Source: an uncultured Acidobacteriota bacterium (GTDB taxonomy: Bacteria; Acidobacteriota; Blastocatellia; RBC074). From it: DNA of 64,000 nucleotides. Below the pieces are notes generated by a model. It did not search any database. It was not told where the DNA came from and saw nothing but the letters and a program-made list of their open reading frames with translations. The translations under genes were made by a program, and so were the position numbers. The DNA lies in contig CAWCKY010000006.1 in assembly GCA_963796275.1 (NCBI GenBank), forward strand, positions 1,146,981 through 1,210,980. Reading direction: 5' to 3'. Shown here in pieces: positions 52,806-62,279 of the stretch (position 1 is its first letter; each line of letters starts with the position of its first letter).

Positions 52806-55472
52806 GTGTTGAATCAGCTTCTTCAGATCTGGCGCAGGCTGCTCTTCTATTTGAGGCGCGATCGATTTGACCGCGAGTTGGAAGAGGAGATGCGGTTCCA
52901 CCTGGAGATGAAGGCTCAAGCGAACGCCGAGGCCGGGATGGAGCCTCTGGAAGCGCGCTATGCCGCCGGGCGGCAATTCGGCAATCAAACATTACTCCGG
53001 GAGGTGAGCCGCGAGATGTGGGGAGTCAGATCGATCGAAACGCTCTTTCAGGATTTGCGATACGGTGGGCGGATGCTTCTGAAAAACCCGGGGTTCGCGT
53101 TGATTGCTGTGTTCACAATGGCGCTAGGCATTGGGGCGAACACGGCCATCTTCAGCGTCATCAACAGCGTGCTGCTCAAACCGCTGCCTTACCATGAACC
53201 GGACCGCATCTATCAAGTGCTGAGGTGCAATCCGTCGGGCATGTCGACGACCGTGTCGGTTTCGAAGTTCTCGTTCTTTCACCAGCATAACCAAACTTTC
53301 GAGAGTCTGGCGGCGTGCGACACGTTCGGGAGCGGGATCAACCTGCTCGCGGGCGACGAGGCGCACTTTGTCAGCGGCCTCAGGGTTTCCGCCGATTTCT
53401 TCCAGGTCCTGGGCATCAATCCCCTGTTGGGCAGGTCGTTCACAGCGGCGGACGACCAACCCGGCGGCGCCCGCGTGGTTGTCATCAGTCATTCGCTCTG
53501 GAAACAGGTATTACAGGGCGATCGGCAAATCGTCGGCAGGACCGTATCCCTGGGCGGCGAGGGGCACGTGGTTGTGGGCGTCATGCCGCCCGGGTTCCAG
53601 CCCAAACCCTCCGCTGAAATCTGGATGCCGCTTCGCGCGGTTTTCGATGCGGCGAATAAGAGCAACGATTATATGATGCTTGGGCGGACCAAACCCGGCA
53701 TCACTTCAGAGCAGTCGCAGGCCGATATGGATCGAGTGCTGACGTTGATGCGCAGGGATTATCCCGACCACGTGGGCGACAATGAAATGACGGCGGTCGT
53801 CAGATATAAGGACCGGCTTGTCGGAGACACGAAGCAGCCGCTGCTCCTGCTTCTGGGTGCGGTCGGGTTCGTGTTGTTGATCGCATGCGCGAACGTGGCC
53901 AATCTTCTCCTCTCGCGCGCCGCCGCGCGGAGCAGGGAGATGTCAGTCCGCGCCGCTTTGGGGGCGGGCCGATTCAGGCTGACACGCCAACTGCTGACCG
54001 AAAGCCTGTTACTGGCAGGCGCCGGCGCAGCCCTTGGATTGTTGCTTGCCCATTTCGGCCTGAAGTCTCTGCTCGCCCTGGTACCAGACAGTCTGCCGCG
54101 AGCGAGCGAAATCAGGATCGACCCGCTGGCACTGCTGTTCATGCTCGGTGTTGCGGCGGCGGCCGGAATCGTATTTGGACTGGCTCCGGCGCTCAACGCG
54201 GGCAGGCAGAATTTGGCGAATGCGTTGCGCGAAGGCGGCGGCCGGACGTCTGGCACCGCATCGACCGCGCGGATACGCAACATCTTCGTCGTCTTGGAGA
54301 TCGCCCTCTCGATGGTCCTCTTGATTGGGGCCGCTCTCCTGATACGCACTTTCGCGAACCTTCATAATGAAAGCCTCGGCTTCGACCCCCACAATGTGCT
54401 CACAATGAGGGTTTCCCTGGACGGTCAACGTTATTTGACCACGGCGGAAACTGATAAATTCTTTCGCCAGGTCTTTGAACGGATCAGGCAGATACCGGGC
54501 GTCGTATCGGCCGCCTATGTCACCGCTCTGCCGATAGAATTCAGCCCTGATCTGCCGTTCCACATTGAAGGACGGCGAGAGAACGCCCGGGGATCGGCGA
54601 TCTATAAACACGTCACTCCGGATTTCTTTCACACGATGACTGTGCCGTTACGGCAGGGCCGCCTGATAGAGGAGCGCGACAGCGAAAACGCTCCCGGTGC
54701 GGTGATCATCAATGAATCGCTCGCCCGCCAGTTCTTTCCGAATGAGAATCCCCTTGGTCAGCTAATCACGGTGGGCAAAAACTTCGGGCCGGACTTCGCG
54801 GATCGCTCCCGCGAAATCATCGGTGTTATCGGCGACTTGAGGGAAGAAAGCGTCGACCTTCCCCCGGCGCCGGCGGTCTACGTTCCGCTTGCCCAACGGC
54901 CCGACCGGGTGACCCGGTTCGTCAATAGACTTGGTGGAGCGACGTTCGTCGTAAAAACGAGACAGAACCCCGCAAACTTGCAAAACGCCGTGCGCGCCGC
55001 GTTGCGCGCCGCTGATGCCACGCAGGCGGTCTCCAACATGCGGACGATGGATGATGTCCTGTCGGTGTCGCTGGCGAGACGACGATTCAACATGCTCCTG
55101 TTATCCGTGTTCGCGAGCCTCGCGCTGCTGCTCTCGTCGATAGGCATCTATGGGGTTATGTCGTATTCAGTGCAGCAGCGCACGCATGAGATAGGTATTC
55201 GCATGGCTCTCGGCGCACAAGCGCGTGACGTACTGTGGTTGATCATCCGACAGGGGCTGGCGATGACGCTGATCGGAGTGACGCTGGGTTTGGTGGCGGC
55301 TATTGCCTTGACGCGCTTAATGGAAACTCTGTTATTTGGCGTAAGTGCGACTGATCCGCTGACATTTACCATGATTACGTTCCTGCTGACGTTCATCGCC
55401 CTGCTGGCTTGCTGGATTCCAGCGAGACGGGCTACGAGAGTCGATCCAATGGCGACTCTGCGATTCGAGTAA
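52806..55472 (+). CDS. ABC-transporter permease, duplicated FtsX/MacB-like type (ADOP family: MacB periplasmic core domain + FtsX, repeated) with no adjacent ATPase
   Basis: 888 aa with a conserved N-terminal leader (MLNQLLQIWRRLLFYLRRDRFDRELEEEMRFHLE…) characteristic of the ADOP family. Two FtsX-like 4-TM modules each follow a large periplasmic domain. Confidence 0.85.
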   Translation: MLNQLLQIWRRLLFYLRRDRFDRELEEEMRFHLEMKAQANAEAGMEPLEARYAAGRQFGNQTLLREVSREMWGVRSIETLFQDLRYGGRMLLKNPGFALIAVFTMALGIGANTAIFSVINSVLLKPLPYHEPDRIYQVLRCNPSGMSTTVSVSKFSFFHQHNQTFESLAACDTFGSGINLLAGDEAHFVSGLRVSADFFQVLGINPLLGRSFTAADDQPGGARVVVISHSLWKQVLQGDRQIVGRTVSLGGEGHVVVGVMPPGFQPKPSAEIWMPLRAVFDAANKSNDYMMLGRTKPGITSEQSQADMDRVLTLMRRDYPDHVGDNEMTAVVRYKDRLVGDTKQPLLLLLGAVGFVLLIACANVANLLLSRAAARSREMSVRAALGAGRFRLTRQLLTESLLLAGAGAALGLLLAHFGLKSLLALVPDSLPRASEIRIDPLALLFMLGVAAAAGIVFGLAPALNAGRQNLANALREGGGRTSGTASTARIRNIFVVLEIALSMVLLIGAALLIRTFANLHNESLGFDPHNVLTMRVSLDGQRYLTTAETDKFFRQVFERIRQIPGVVSAAYVTALPIEFSPDLPFHIEGRRENARGSAIYKHVTPDFFHTMTVPLRQGRLIEERDSENAPGAVIINESLARQFFPNENPLGQLITVGKNFGPDFADRSREIIGVIGDLREESVDLPPAPAVYVPLAQRPDRVTRFVNRLGGATFVVKTRQNPANLQNAVRAALRAADATQAVSNMRTMDDVLSVSLARRRFNMLLLSVFASLALLLSSIGIYGVMSYSVQQRTHEIGIRMALGAQARDVLWLIIRQGLAMTLIGVTLGLVAAIALTRLMETLLFGVSATDPLTFTMITFLLTFIALLACWIPARRATRVDPMATLRFE

Positions 55473-55931
55473 GTCCGCCCTTGTTTAGCAAGCTTTCGCA
55501 TATCAGTAAACGCATTCAGGGTAAACGCATTCAGGAAAGAGCGTGCATCTCGCCACCTAGCAGGAACACGTCGTCGTCGGCCAGTGGCGAGGAACCCGCG
55601 AATTTGTTGATAGAACGAGGTCACTCACCCGCCACTAAGTTGCTTTGCAACTATAGTGGGGGCTTGTCGGGTAACCGATGAGCCTGGTTGACCAGACTAA
55701 GCTGGGGCCAAAAGGCTTGCAGCTACGATGTTTGAGTTAGGTTTAAACCGAGACACCCACGGATGCGATAGCCAGTCCGTGGCCACTGTCGTTTAGCGTT
55801 AAACAGCGGTTACGGGTAATCGCCAGTGCGTTGAACTAAGAAGCTCAGACATCATTGTCGAGGCTAACTTAACGGCAGCAATGCCAGAGGCCCGAAAGGG
55901 CCATTCTCACAATGCAAGTAGGGGGATGATA
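55473..55931 (+). other. Roughly 460-nt non-coding region with tandem 15-bp direct repeats and multiple nested hairpins (candidate cis-regulatory leader / ncRNA)
   Basis: Direct repeat gtaaacgcattcagg x2 at about 55507-55536. Hairpins: ctcgccac…gtggcgag; agttgc-ttt-gcaact nested within cccgccacta…tagtggggg; ccacgga-N12-tccgtgg; and ggccc-GAAA-gggcc (a GNRA tetraloop). No ORF of 60 aa or more. Confidence 0.3.
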
Positions 55932-56669
55932 ATGGCCAAAAGAATATTTATTTGTGGATCATTGTGCCTGGCAATCTTTGGCGGCTTGATCCTTGGCAAG
56001 TATCGAACTACTGCCGCAGACGACCATTGGCAGATACGCGGTGCGCTCAGCGAAGCCTGTACCTGCAGTGTGCCTTGCACCTGCAACTTCGGCCAGGGCC
56101 CGTCGCCACACAGCTACTGCCATGTGGTTTATGCCTACGACATCAAGGAAGGTAATTTTAACGGGATCAAACTCGACGGCTTAAAATTAGGAGCGATGGA
56201 GACGGCAAAAGGCAATGCCATGTACCTCGACGCTTCAGCCAGCCCCGATCAGCGCAAAGCGATCGAAACGATCGCCCGACAGATGATGCGCGTTTCGAAT
56301 GACCGAATGGGCGGGGCCAGCTTTCTCGGCATCAAGTGGGTGAAGATCAAGCAGGAATACAATGAAAAGCAGGATAAGCTGGACCTCGGCGGTTTCGGCG
56401 GCTTCAAATCCAATTACATCATGGGCCGAGACAAAACAAAGCCAGTCATCGTCGTCAACAATACCGAATGGGCCATACGCGAAGCCATCAAAGGTAAGAC
56501 TGAGTATCTGCGCGTTAAAGATGAATACGGCAACGAGTATTCGGTGAAGGATTCCAACTCAAATCACGGCGACTTCGAGTACACCGAGAAGTCTCATCCC
56601 GGAAGCGGATGGCCCGCTTCCACATGCTCAGTCAATACGAAAGAGGGTGAGCAGAAACATAAACATTGA
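55932..56669 (+). CDS. DUF1326-like secreted protein with CxCxxxCxC motif
   Basis: Signal peptide (MAKRIFICGSLCLAIFGGLILG) and the motif SEACTCSVPCTCNFGQGPS. An AGGGGG ribosome-binding site sits 6 nt before the ATG at 55932. The family assignment is made from motif memory only. Confidence 0.45.
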   Translation: MAKRIFICGSLCLAIFGGLILGKYRTTAADDHWQIRGALSEACTCSVPCTCNFGQGPSPHSYCHVVYAYDIKEGNFNGIKLDGLKLGAMETAKGNAMYLDASASPDQRKAIETIARQMMRVSNDRMGGASFLGIKWVKIKQEYNEKQDKLDLGGFGGFKSNYIMGRDKTKPVIVVNNTEWAIREAIKGKTEYLRVKDEYGNEYSVKDSNSNHGDFEYTEKSHPGSGWPASTCSVNTKEGEQKHKH

Positions 56670-57001
56670 ACTCGGCCAGGAAGAGCTTCCACAAAAATCA
56701 CATACAGAGAGCAAATAGCGCAAAGAACACCTGCTATTCCTGGTGCAGTTCTTTTATGTTTTTGATGTCATTTTTTGATGTCATTTGGTGATCTTTGTGA
56801 TGAATCTCCGGTAAATCTTCGCTACTCCTCTTTGAACCCCTTCCTTTCTGCAATTTTTTTCAAAAGATGTAGTGATTAATTGTCATGTTTTAGAGGCCTC
56901 CATTCACTCAAAACATGAGAAAGAAATGCAACCGGCTTATTCCGCCAGACTGGCTTCACCCTTGTAATTAGGGGTGTTCCATTAAACAGTCGGGATCTTT
57001 T

Positions 57002-57442
57002 TTGACGATTGTCGCGCGGCATCTCGTTGAGGGGGCTGGCATCAACACGAGGCCAAAGAAGCATAGGCAGGGACAGATGTTGATGATCTCTAAAAAGCAG
57101 ATGGAAGTTTTGCGACAGGTGGCGCGAGGAGAGTTCATTCGGAGAACGCTCGCAGTTCTCCGTGAAGCGGTTCCCGGCTTCCTTGCTGGAGTGGACGAAG
57201 CGACAGCTCTGAGACGGGTGGAGGATAGTGTCGCCCAAGCGGAAGCTTATGGGTTGTCCACCGAGCGCCAGGTCCGGGATTTCATCGCGATTGAGACGGT
57301 TGCGGGTGAGGATTTCGCCAGCAATCCGCGCTTCGCCGGAGCACGTGGGGCTCTTGCTGATTTCACTGTCTCACCCGCCGATCGTTTGGCGCGCGCACGC
57401 CAGCGTGTCGCCGAAGCCCTGGCGCAAAAGGACAAGGGATGA
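57002..57442 (+). CDS. Hypothetical small helical protein, translationally coupled (ATGA overlap) to the downstream toxin-like gene
   Basis: …MLMISKKQMEVLRQVARGEFIRRTLAVLREAVPGFLAGVDEATALRRVED…. No known domain. The true start may be the internal MLMISKK at about 57077. Confidence 0.4.
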   Translation: MTIVARHLVEGAGINTRPKKHRQGQMLMISKKQMEVLRQVARGEFIRRTLAVLREAVPGFLAGVDEATALRRVEDSVAQAEAYGLSTERQVRDFIAIETVAGEDFASNPRFAGARGALADFTVSPADRLARARQRVAEALAQKDKG

Positions 57443-58891
57443 GCGAAAGTCTTTTCCCAGACCTGGGTGGCGCAGACCGCCCGGCCGATTCCACGGTTAT
57501 ACCGTGCCCAAATACATTAACTAATTGGATCGACCTCGAATACCTCTATGCGGATGGGACAGGCGTCGCCGGGGCCTCTTACATCGTCCATATCCCTAAT
57601 GGCGGACAGGTGGGCGGAAGCGTGCTTGCCCAGGGGACTCTCGACCGCAAAGGCCAGGCGCGCGCTGTCTTACCTGCTGAAATAGAAGGGGTCGCAGTCT
57701 ATTTCCACGATGATCCGGACGGAGCGCCCTATCGTGACGCCGATGCGGATAGCCCGATTCAGGAACCATATCCTGGCTTTTTCAGTCGTATCTGGGATGG
57801 GATAACTGATGGAACGAAATGGGTGGGCGGTGTGTTGGCTGGAGATTTCAAGGAAGATTCCTCAACCGGCCAGATTGTCGCCAACATGATCGTGACGATG
57901 ATTCCGGGCATCGACCAGCTTGGCGATGCCCGCGATATCGTTGCGAATCTCAAAAAGCTGATTTGGGATCGCCGCTGGAACGAAGCGGGGATGTGGCTCA
58001 GCCTCTTGCTATGCCTGATCGGGTTGATCCCCGAGCTCGGCTCTCTGGCTAAAGGAATCATCAAGGTTGCGCTGCGCAATACGTCCAAGCTGGCGGATCT
58101 GCTGGCAGTCTTCAACTTTTTCAAAAAGGGTAATGGAGTTCACTGGTTACGCGAGTTCGCCGAGAAACTGCCGACCGCACACGCGTCGGCCGCGGCAAAC
58201 AAACTCAAAGAACTACTGGACAGAGCCGCGCCCTATCTGCAACAGGCACGGAACCGCTGGTTCACGCCGCGGACGACGATCGACCGTCTCCTGAATAACA
58301 TAGAAGAGGTCAAGCAACTCGTCCCCCAGAAGTTGAAAGAGGCTGCCGAATACGTCGCCGAAAAGATCGAGCAAGCGTTAAATGAAGTGAGGGAGTTGCT
58401 GCCCGGTAGTGCAAAAGAGCGATTACAGTTGCGCCAGGTTAGGGCAGCCCCTCACGAATCAATTCCTGTCCACGGAACGCCAGTATCCTCAACGCGTCCG
58501 AGAATTTTCGATCAATCACGAACAGGGAAACAAACTGGATATGGCCCAGGGATTGGGAGGCGCGCGTTACGAACTTGCCACAGGTCGAAAGATTTCAACG
58601 ACAACGGTGGAGGGGGCCGACCTGGTTGACCCGATAACTGGCCCATTCCAGCTCAAAGGGCCATTAGTCAATAAGAAGACCGGCCAGCCATTAATCATCA
58701 ACGATAGGATGGTCGATGGGCTTGCTCAATCGGTTGGAGATGATTTGCGTTACAATACGTATACGAAAAGCATAGTTGTCGATACCATGGGGATGTCCCC
58801 CGCGCAGCGTGACCGATTGAAACGAGCTATCGATGCAGATCTCGCTGCACGGCCTGTGGCGCAACCCAAACCGATCATTATCCTTGAGTGA
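57439..58891 (+). CDS. Putative polymorphic-toxin protein: N-terminal beta-rich domain + PT-TG (pre-toxin TG) domain + helical linker + C-terminal variable (toxin?) domain; apparent frameshift at about 58410-58520
   Basis: The PT-TG-like block IVTMIPGIDQLGDARDIVANLKKLIWDRRWNEAGMWLSLLLCLIGLIPELGSLAKGIIKVAL is in frame 57439. After about 58440 that frame becomes Arg/Gly-rich nonsense, while the overlapping frame (58409-58891) encodes a protein-like domain (…GGARYELATGRKISTTTVEGADLVDPITGPFQLKGPLVNKKTGQPLII…). Confidence 0.5.
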
Positions 58892-58902
58892 GGTGACAAT
58901 CG

Positions 58903-59319
58903 ATGGGACATTCTTACGTTAAATTCAGCGATCGGGTACAGATGATGAATGATATGGAGATCATTATCGCCGTCCATGTCATCCTCGATGTGACGCGGAA
59001 GACTCCGGACATTCCTGCTCCCCGAGTGACGGAAAACATCAAAATCTTGCTCGATTCCTGGGAGCACCTGATCGATGTCTATGGGCCTGGCATGGTTGGC
59101 TTTAACTTTAGTGAATATATGCAGACGGATGAGGACCGTGACTGTCTGCTAAGATTGATTGACATCTCTCGTCGGAGGTTGCAGCAATTCGGTGAAGTAG
59201 TTCCGGGGGACTACCTGAATAGAGTCGTCGACGCATCGGCGATACTCGAATTCGAGGATCGGCCGATAGCAAAGGTGCTCACCGCATTCGACAAATTCAC
59301 CAAGCTTCTTAGCGGCTGA
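58903..59319 (+). CDS. Hypothetical protein, candidate immunity protein for the upstream toxin-like gene
   Basis: 138-aa ORF starting 12 nt after the toxin-frame stop, with no known domain. A small cytoplasmic-looking protein in the position expected of a cognate immunity gene. Confidence 0.4.
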   Translation: MGHSYVKFSDRVQMMNDMEIIIAVHVILDVTRKTPDIPAPRVTENIKILLDSWEHLIDVYGPGMVGFNFSEYMQTDEDRDCLLRLIDISRRRLQQFGEVVPGDYLNRVVDASAILEFEDRPIAKVLTAFDKFTKLLSG

Positions 59320-59382
59320 AAAGCTATGTGCGGTGGAATCAAATGCCTGGGCAGCTTTCTTGTCGCGACCTACGCGGTTGAA

Positions 59383-60084
59383 TCAGCTCCGGGCCAATCT
59401 CACCAGGGTTGCTCGTGCCTCCTCGGTAGTTTTGATCGGCGAGTCGAAATCTATTCTCAATTTCCGTCCATCGGCTAACAGATCGATCCCTTCGCTATCG
59501 ATCCCGATCATTAGCGCCGCACCCGCTTTTACACCCTTCAGCGCCTCGCAATAATGAAATAGGGCAGGCTTGTGATCCTGATTCATATGCTGAATGATCA
59601 TACGCTCGCTTTCGCGGAAAGGATTCCCGATAAGCATGTCATCTGGTTCGATCCAGTAGATCTGTCCAAAGCCTCCAATAAAACGCGCCCTCCGCAATTT
59701 GATTCGATAGAAAGAAAAATCGTGCGTCTCAAAATATGATTCCGATGAAGGAAAGTATCGTAGATATCGATCGCGCGTCTCCGCATCGCGCGGATCGACC
59801 GGCTCGGCATCTCCCAACCATGTCAGGCGACCGTTGGCCTGTGGATCATCGGCCTGCTGATCGAATACAGTGAGCGACACTTTATTGTTATGCTTGATAT
59901 TACGCGTGTGCTGGGCAATATCGCTGATGAGTAGGATCGGCTCGCCGTCATAATTGAGTGTATAAGGCGCGATCGAGCCAAATGGATATCCGGCAACATC
60001 CACCGAATGAGTTGAGAGCACACCGACACTCTGTTGATTTAACAATCGTCTTGAATTTGATGCTTGGTCTGACATGGCCGCCAT
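59383..60084 (-). CDS. Pyridoxamine-5'-phosphate-oxidase-like FMN-binding split-barrel protein with C-terminal DUF2470-like region
   Basis: …VGVLSTHSVDVAGYPFGSIAPYTLNYDGEPILLISDIAQHTRNIKHNNKVSLTV… (PNPOx-like), followed by a C-terminal …MIIQHMNQDHKPALFHYCEALKGV… (DUF2470-like). Confidence 0.6.
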   Translation of the reverse strand: MAAMSDQASNSRRLLNQQSVGVLSTHSVDVAGYPFGSIAPYTLNYDGEPILLISDIAQHTRNIKHNNKVSLTVFDQQADDPQANGRLTWLGDAEPVDPRDAETRDRYLRYFPSSESYFETHDFSFYRIKLRRARFIGGFGQIYWIEPDDMLIGNPFRESERMIIQHMNQDHKPALFHYCEALKGVKAGAALMIGIDSEGIDLLADGRKLRIDFDSPIKTTEEARATLVRLARS

Positions 60085-60303
60085 TTTAACTGATTTATCT
60101 TATTTTGATGGTGATTCTGATTGGAAACTCGCACCGGTTGCGGTTTAAAACGACGACGCTTCCCAGAATACCCCCGCAGATTCGGGCAGATAAAGTTCAG
60201 GAAAGGCGAAGAAGCATCATAATTAGACTTTCTCCATCCAACTGATCGTGACATGATCAGCCTGTTCCAGCCTTCAAAATTACCACAGTGAAAGGGGCTC
60301 ACC

Positions 60304-60696
60304 ATGAGTCGAGAAGACATATCACCCAAAATTTTCGATGCTTTGTTTGATGCTGTGAAGTCAATAGTTACGGAAGAGTACAAACGTTCGAGTGATGTAC
60401 AGCTGGATTTTATTTTACTGCCCAATTCAATCTTCAAAGTAAAACGTAATGGCATCATCTTGACGGTGAAGTTATCGCCTGATAGGAAATCTTTCGATGT
60501 CGAGCATTCGCGACTAGCCTCCCGGCAGGCTGACTCTGAGACAGAAACCAGGAAGCTCGTCTCTATAGTAGAAGGGGATGATGCTGTGAGGCTCGGATAT
60601 GAAGATGGTGAGCCTATGTCTGTCGAGGAGACTGCCAGGTCGTTGATGCAATCGCTCTTTGTACGAGTTTATGATCGAATATATACGAATATATAA
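60304..60696 (+). CDS. Hypothetical protein
   Basis: 130-aa ORF preceded by AAAGGGG with no recognisable domain. Confidence 0.4.
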   Translation: MSREDISPKIFDALFDAVKSIVTEEYKRSSDVQLDFILLPNSIFKVKRNGIILTVKLSPDRKSFDVEHSRLASRQADSETETRKLVSIVEGDDAVRLGYEDGEPMSVEETARSLMQSLFVRVYDRIYTNI

Positions 60697-60885
60697 TTGC
60701 GCAATATAAAACTTTTCTTGGGCGGAAACAGGGGATCAGGGGCATCGATATAAACATCGATAAATAGCCCGCTTTATATATTCGTTCACCATCTCCCAAA
60801 CCGTCATGCCTGTCTCGACCTAGAGGGTGACAATTTGCCGCCTCTGGCAGTTCACGCTTATTGCTGCACTACGTTCTGGAGTTTT

Positions 60886-61275
60886 TCAAAGGCTGGTTTT
60901 TGCTGCTGTTCGTTTGATCAATTCATACAAGGCTGATCGGTGGCAGTGGTCTTCGTTATCGCAATAGCAGCCGATGGCGATGGGTGTTTTTGTGGCAACC
61001 TGCGCGAGCGACTGTATCGCCTGCCGGCTATCGGTGTTCTTCATAATCTCGCGTTCATACCTTTTCCTGAACTCACCCCATTTCTCGTCAACTGTATGCA
61101 GCCAGTGTATGAGCTCTTGACTCGGAGCGAGTTGGGGATACCATACATCGAAATAATCGAGTTTGGCGTAGCTCTCCTTCATAACTCCACGCGGCAGATA
61201 TCTGACGGCGCCGATCCGGAGTCCCTCCCCCTTTTTCCTGGGCGTTCCGATTTGAAAAGTACGAAGCTTGAGCAT
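60886..61275 (-). CDS. DUF488-family protein
   Basis: …YLPRGVMKESYAKLDYFDVWYPQLAPSQELIHWLHTVDEKWGEFRKRYEREI… matches the DUF488 pattern (W.P.LAPS.EL..W…..W.EF…Y..E.). Confidence 0.7.
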   Translation of the reverse strand: MLKLRTFQIGTPRKKGEGLRIGAVRYLPRGVMKESYAKLDYFDVWYPQLAPSQELIHWLHTVDEKWGEFRKRYEREIMKNTDSRQAIQSLAQVATKTPIAIGCYCDNEDHCHRSALYELIKRTAAKTSL

Positions 61276-61299
61276 TTCGTATTGCTAAATGAGGCCGGA

Positions 61300-62211
61300 T
61301 CAACCGGCAAATTGCAGTTTTTCGATATCCTTCAATACTTCTTCGGGCACCCATTCATTCCCGCGGTAAACCTTGAACACTTTGCCGTCAGGCGTGATGA
61401 GAGCCGTGCGCAGACCATGAATTACTTCTTTTTTTTCCGGCCAATAATTCAACCCGAAAAAAACGGCCACTGCCTTGACTTGCTCCGGCGTTCCTGACGC
61501 GAATTCCCATTGCTTGAAGGCCTCGGCATTTTTCGATCCGGTATAACGTGCGCCGTACTCGCGCAGCACAGGAGGCTTGTCATACTCCGGATCGACGCTG
61601 ATGCTGAGCAGGTGCGTCCGGCCTTTCAATGTCGGGTTTTTCTCCATATCCCGGTTGAGCTCGGCGAAGTTCAGGCTCATCAGCGGACAGTAGTCCGGCA
61701 GCGGGCAGCGCGTGTAGATGAAGGTCACCAGCAGAGCACGTCCGCGATACTGATTGAAATTGACTTTCCTGCCGTTCTGATTGATGAGAGCGAAGTTAGG
61801 GACTGCCGTTCCAGTATCCGGTTCGACTCCGCTCTCTTCGATTCTCCCCACCTGACTGGGATCTGTGATCTTGGTTACGACCGGGTTTTTCAGCCACGAT
61901 TTATCCCCATCGACAACCAGAGTGGCTTGAATGATGGCACCGGGCACCAGGTCCTCATAGACCCAATCGTCGTAGAGATTGAACTCCATAGTCATTTTCT
62001 CCATATACCCGGGTATCGCTTCATGATCGATGGTCACCTTGTGGTCGGATCTATTGGACGAGACTACTTTACCTTTGATTTCATATTCTTTGGCACTTTG
62101 GGAAGCCAGTGGCTCTTGTGTTTTGGTGCCGCAGGAAGAAATGCAAAGCTGTAGAACGAGTAGAAAAACAACGGGGAAGAGTTTAGAAAATAAAAGGGTA
62201 TTTTGCTTCAT
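61300..62211 (-). CDS. SCO1/SenC-family thioredoxin-fold protein with N-terminal CusF-like metal-binding beta-domain
   Basis: Lipoprotein-like signal (…LQLCISSCG). The N-terminal domain resembles CusF-type copper binders (KVTIDHEAIPGYMEKMTMEF). The C-terminal half is a Sco1 fold with a CxxxC motif (TFIYTRCPLPDYCP). Confidence 0.6.
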   Translation of the reverse strand: MKQNTLLFSKLFPVVFLLVLQLCISSCGTKTQEPLASQSAKEYEIKGKVVSSNRSDHKVTIDHEAIPGYMEKMTMEFNLYDDWVYEDLVPGAIIQATLVVDGDKSWLKNPVVTKITDPSQVGRIEESGVEPDTGTAVPNFALINQNGRKVNFNQYRGRALLVTFIYTRCPLPDYCPLMSLNFAELNRDMEKNPTLKGRTHLLSISVDPEYDKPPVLREYGARYTGSKNAEAFKQWEFASGTPEQVKAVAVFFGLNYWPEKKEVIHGLRTALITPDGKVFKVYRGNEWVPEEVLKDIEKLQFAG

Positions 62212-62279
62212 AAGACTACACTTTCTTATGTTGAGATAGATTTTAACGATGCAATTCTACACCAGGTCCCTACATCGCT

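Noticed and set aside
55473-55931. Cobalamin riboswitch, RNase P RNA, tmRNA
   Set aside because: A GCCACTG string resembles the B12 box, but the GGTG..AA.TCC core and other conserved cobalamin-riboswitch elements are not recognisable. There is no RNase P P4 signature (AAGTCCGGGC) and no tmRNA tag ORF. The region is kept only as an unclassified structured-RNA candidate.
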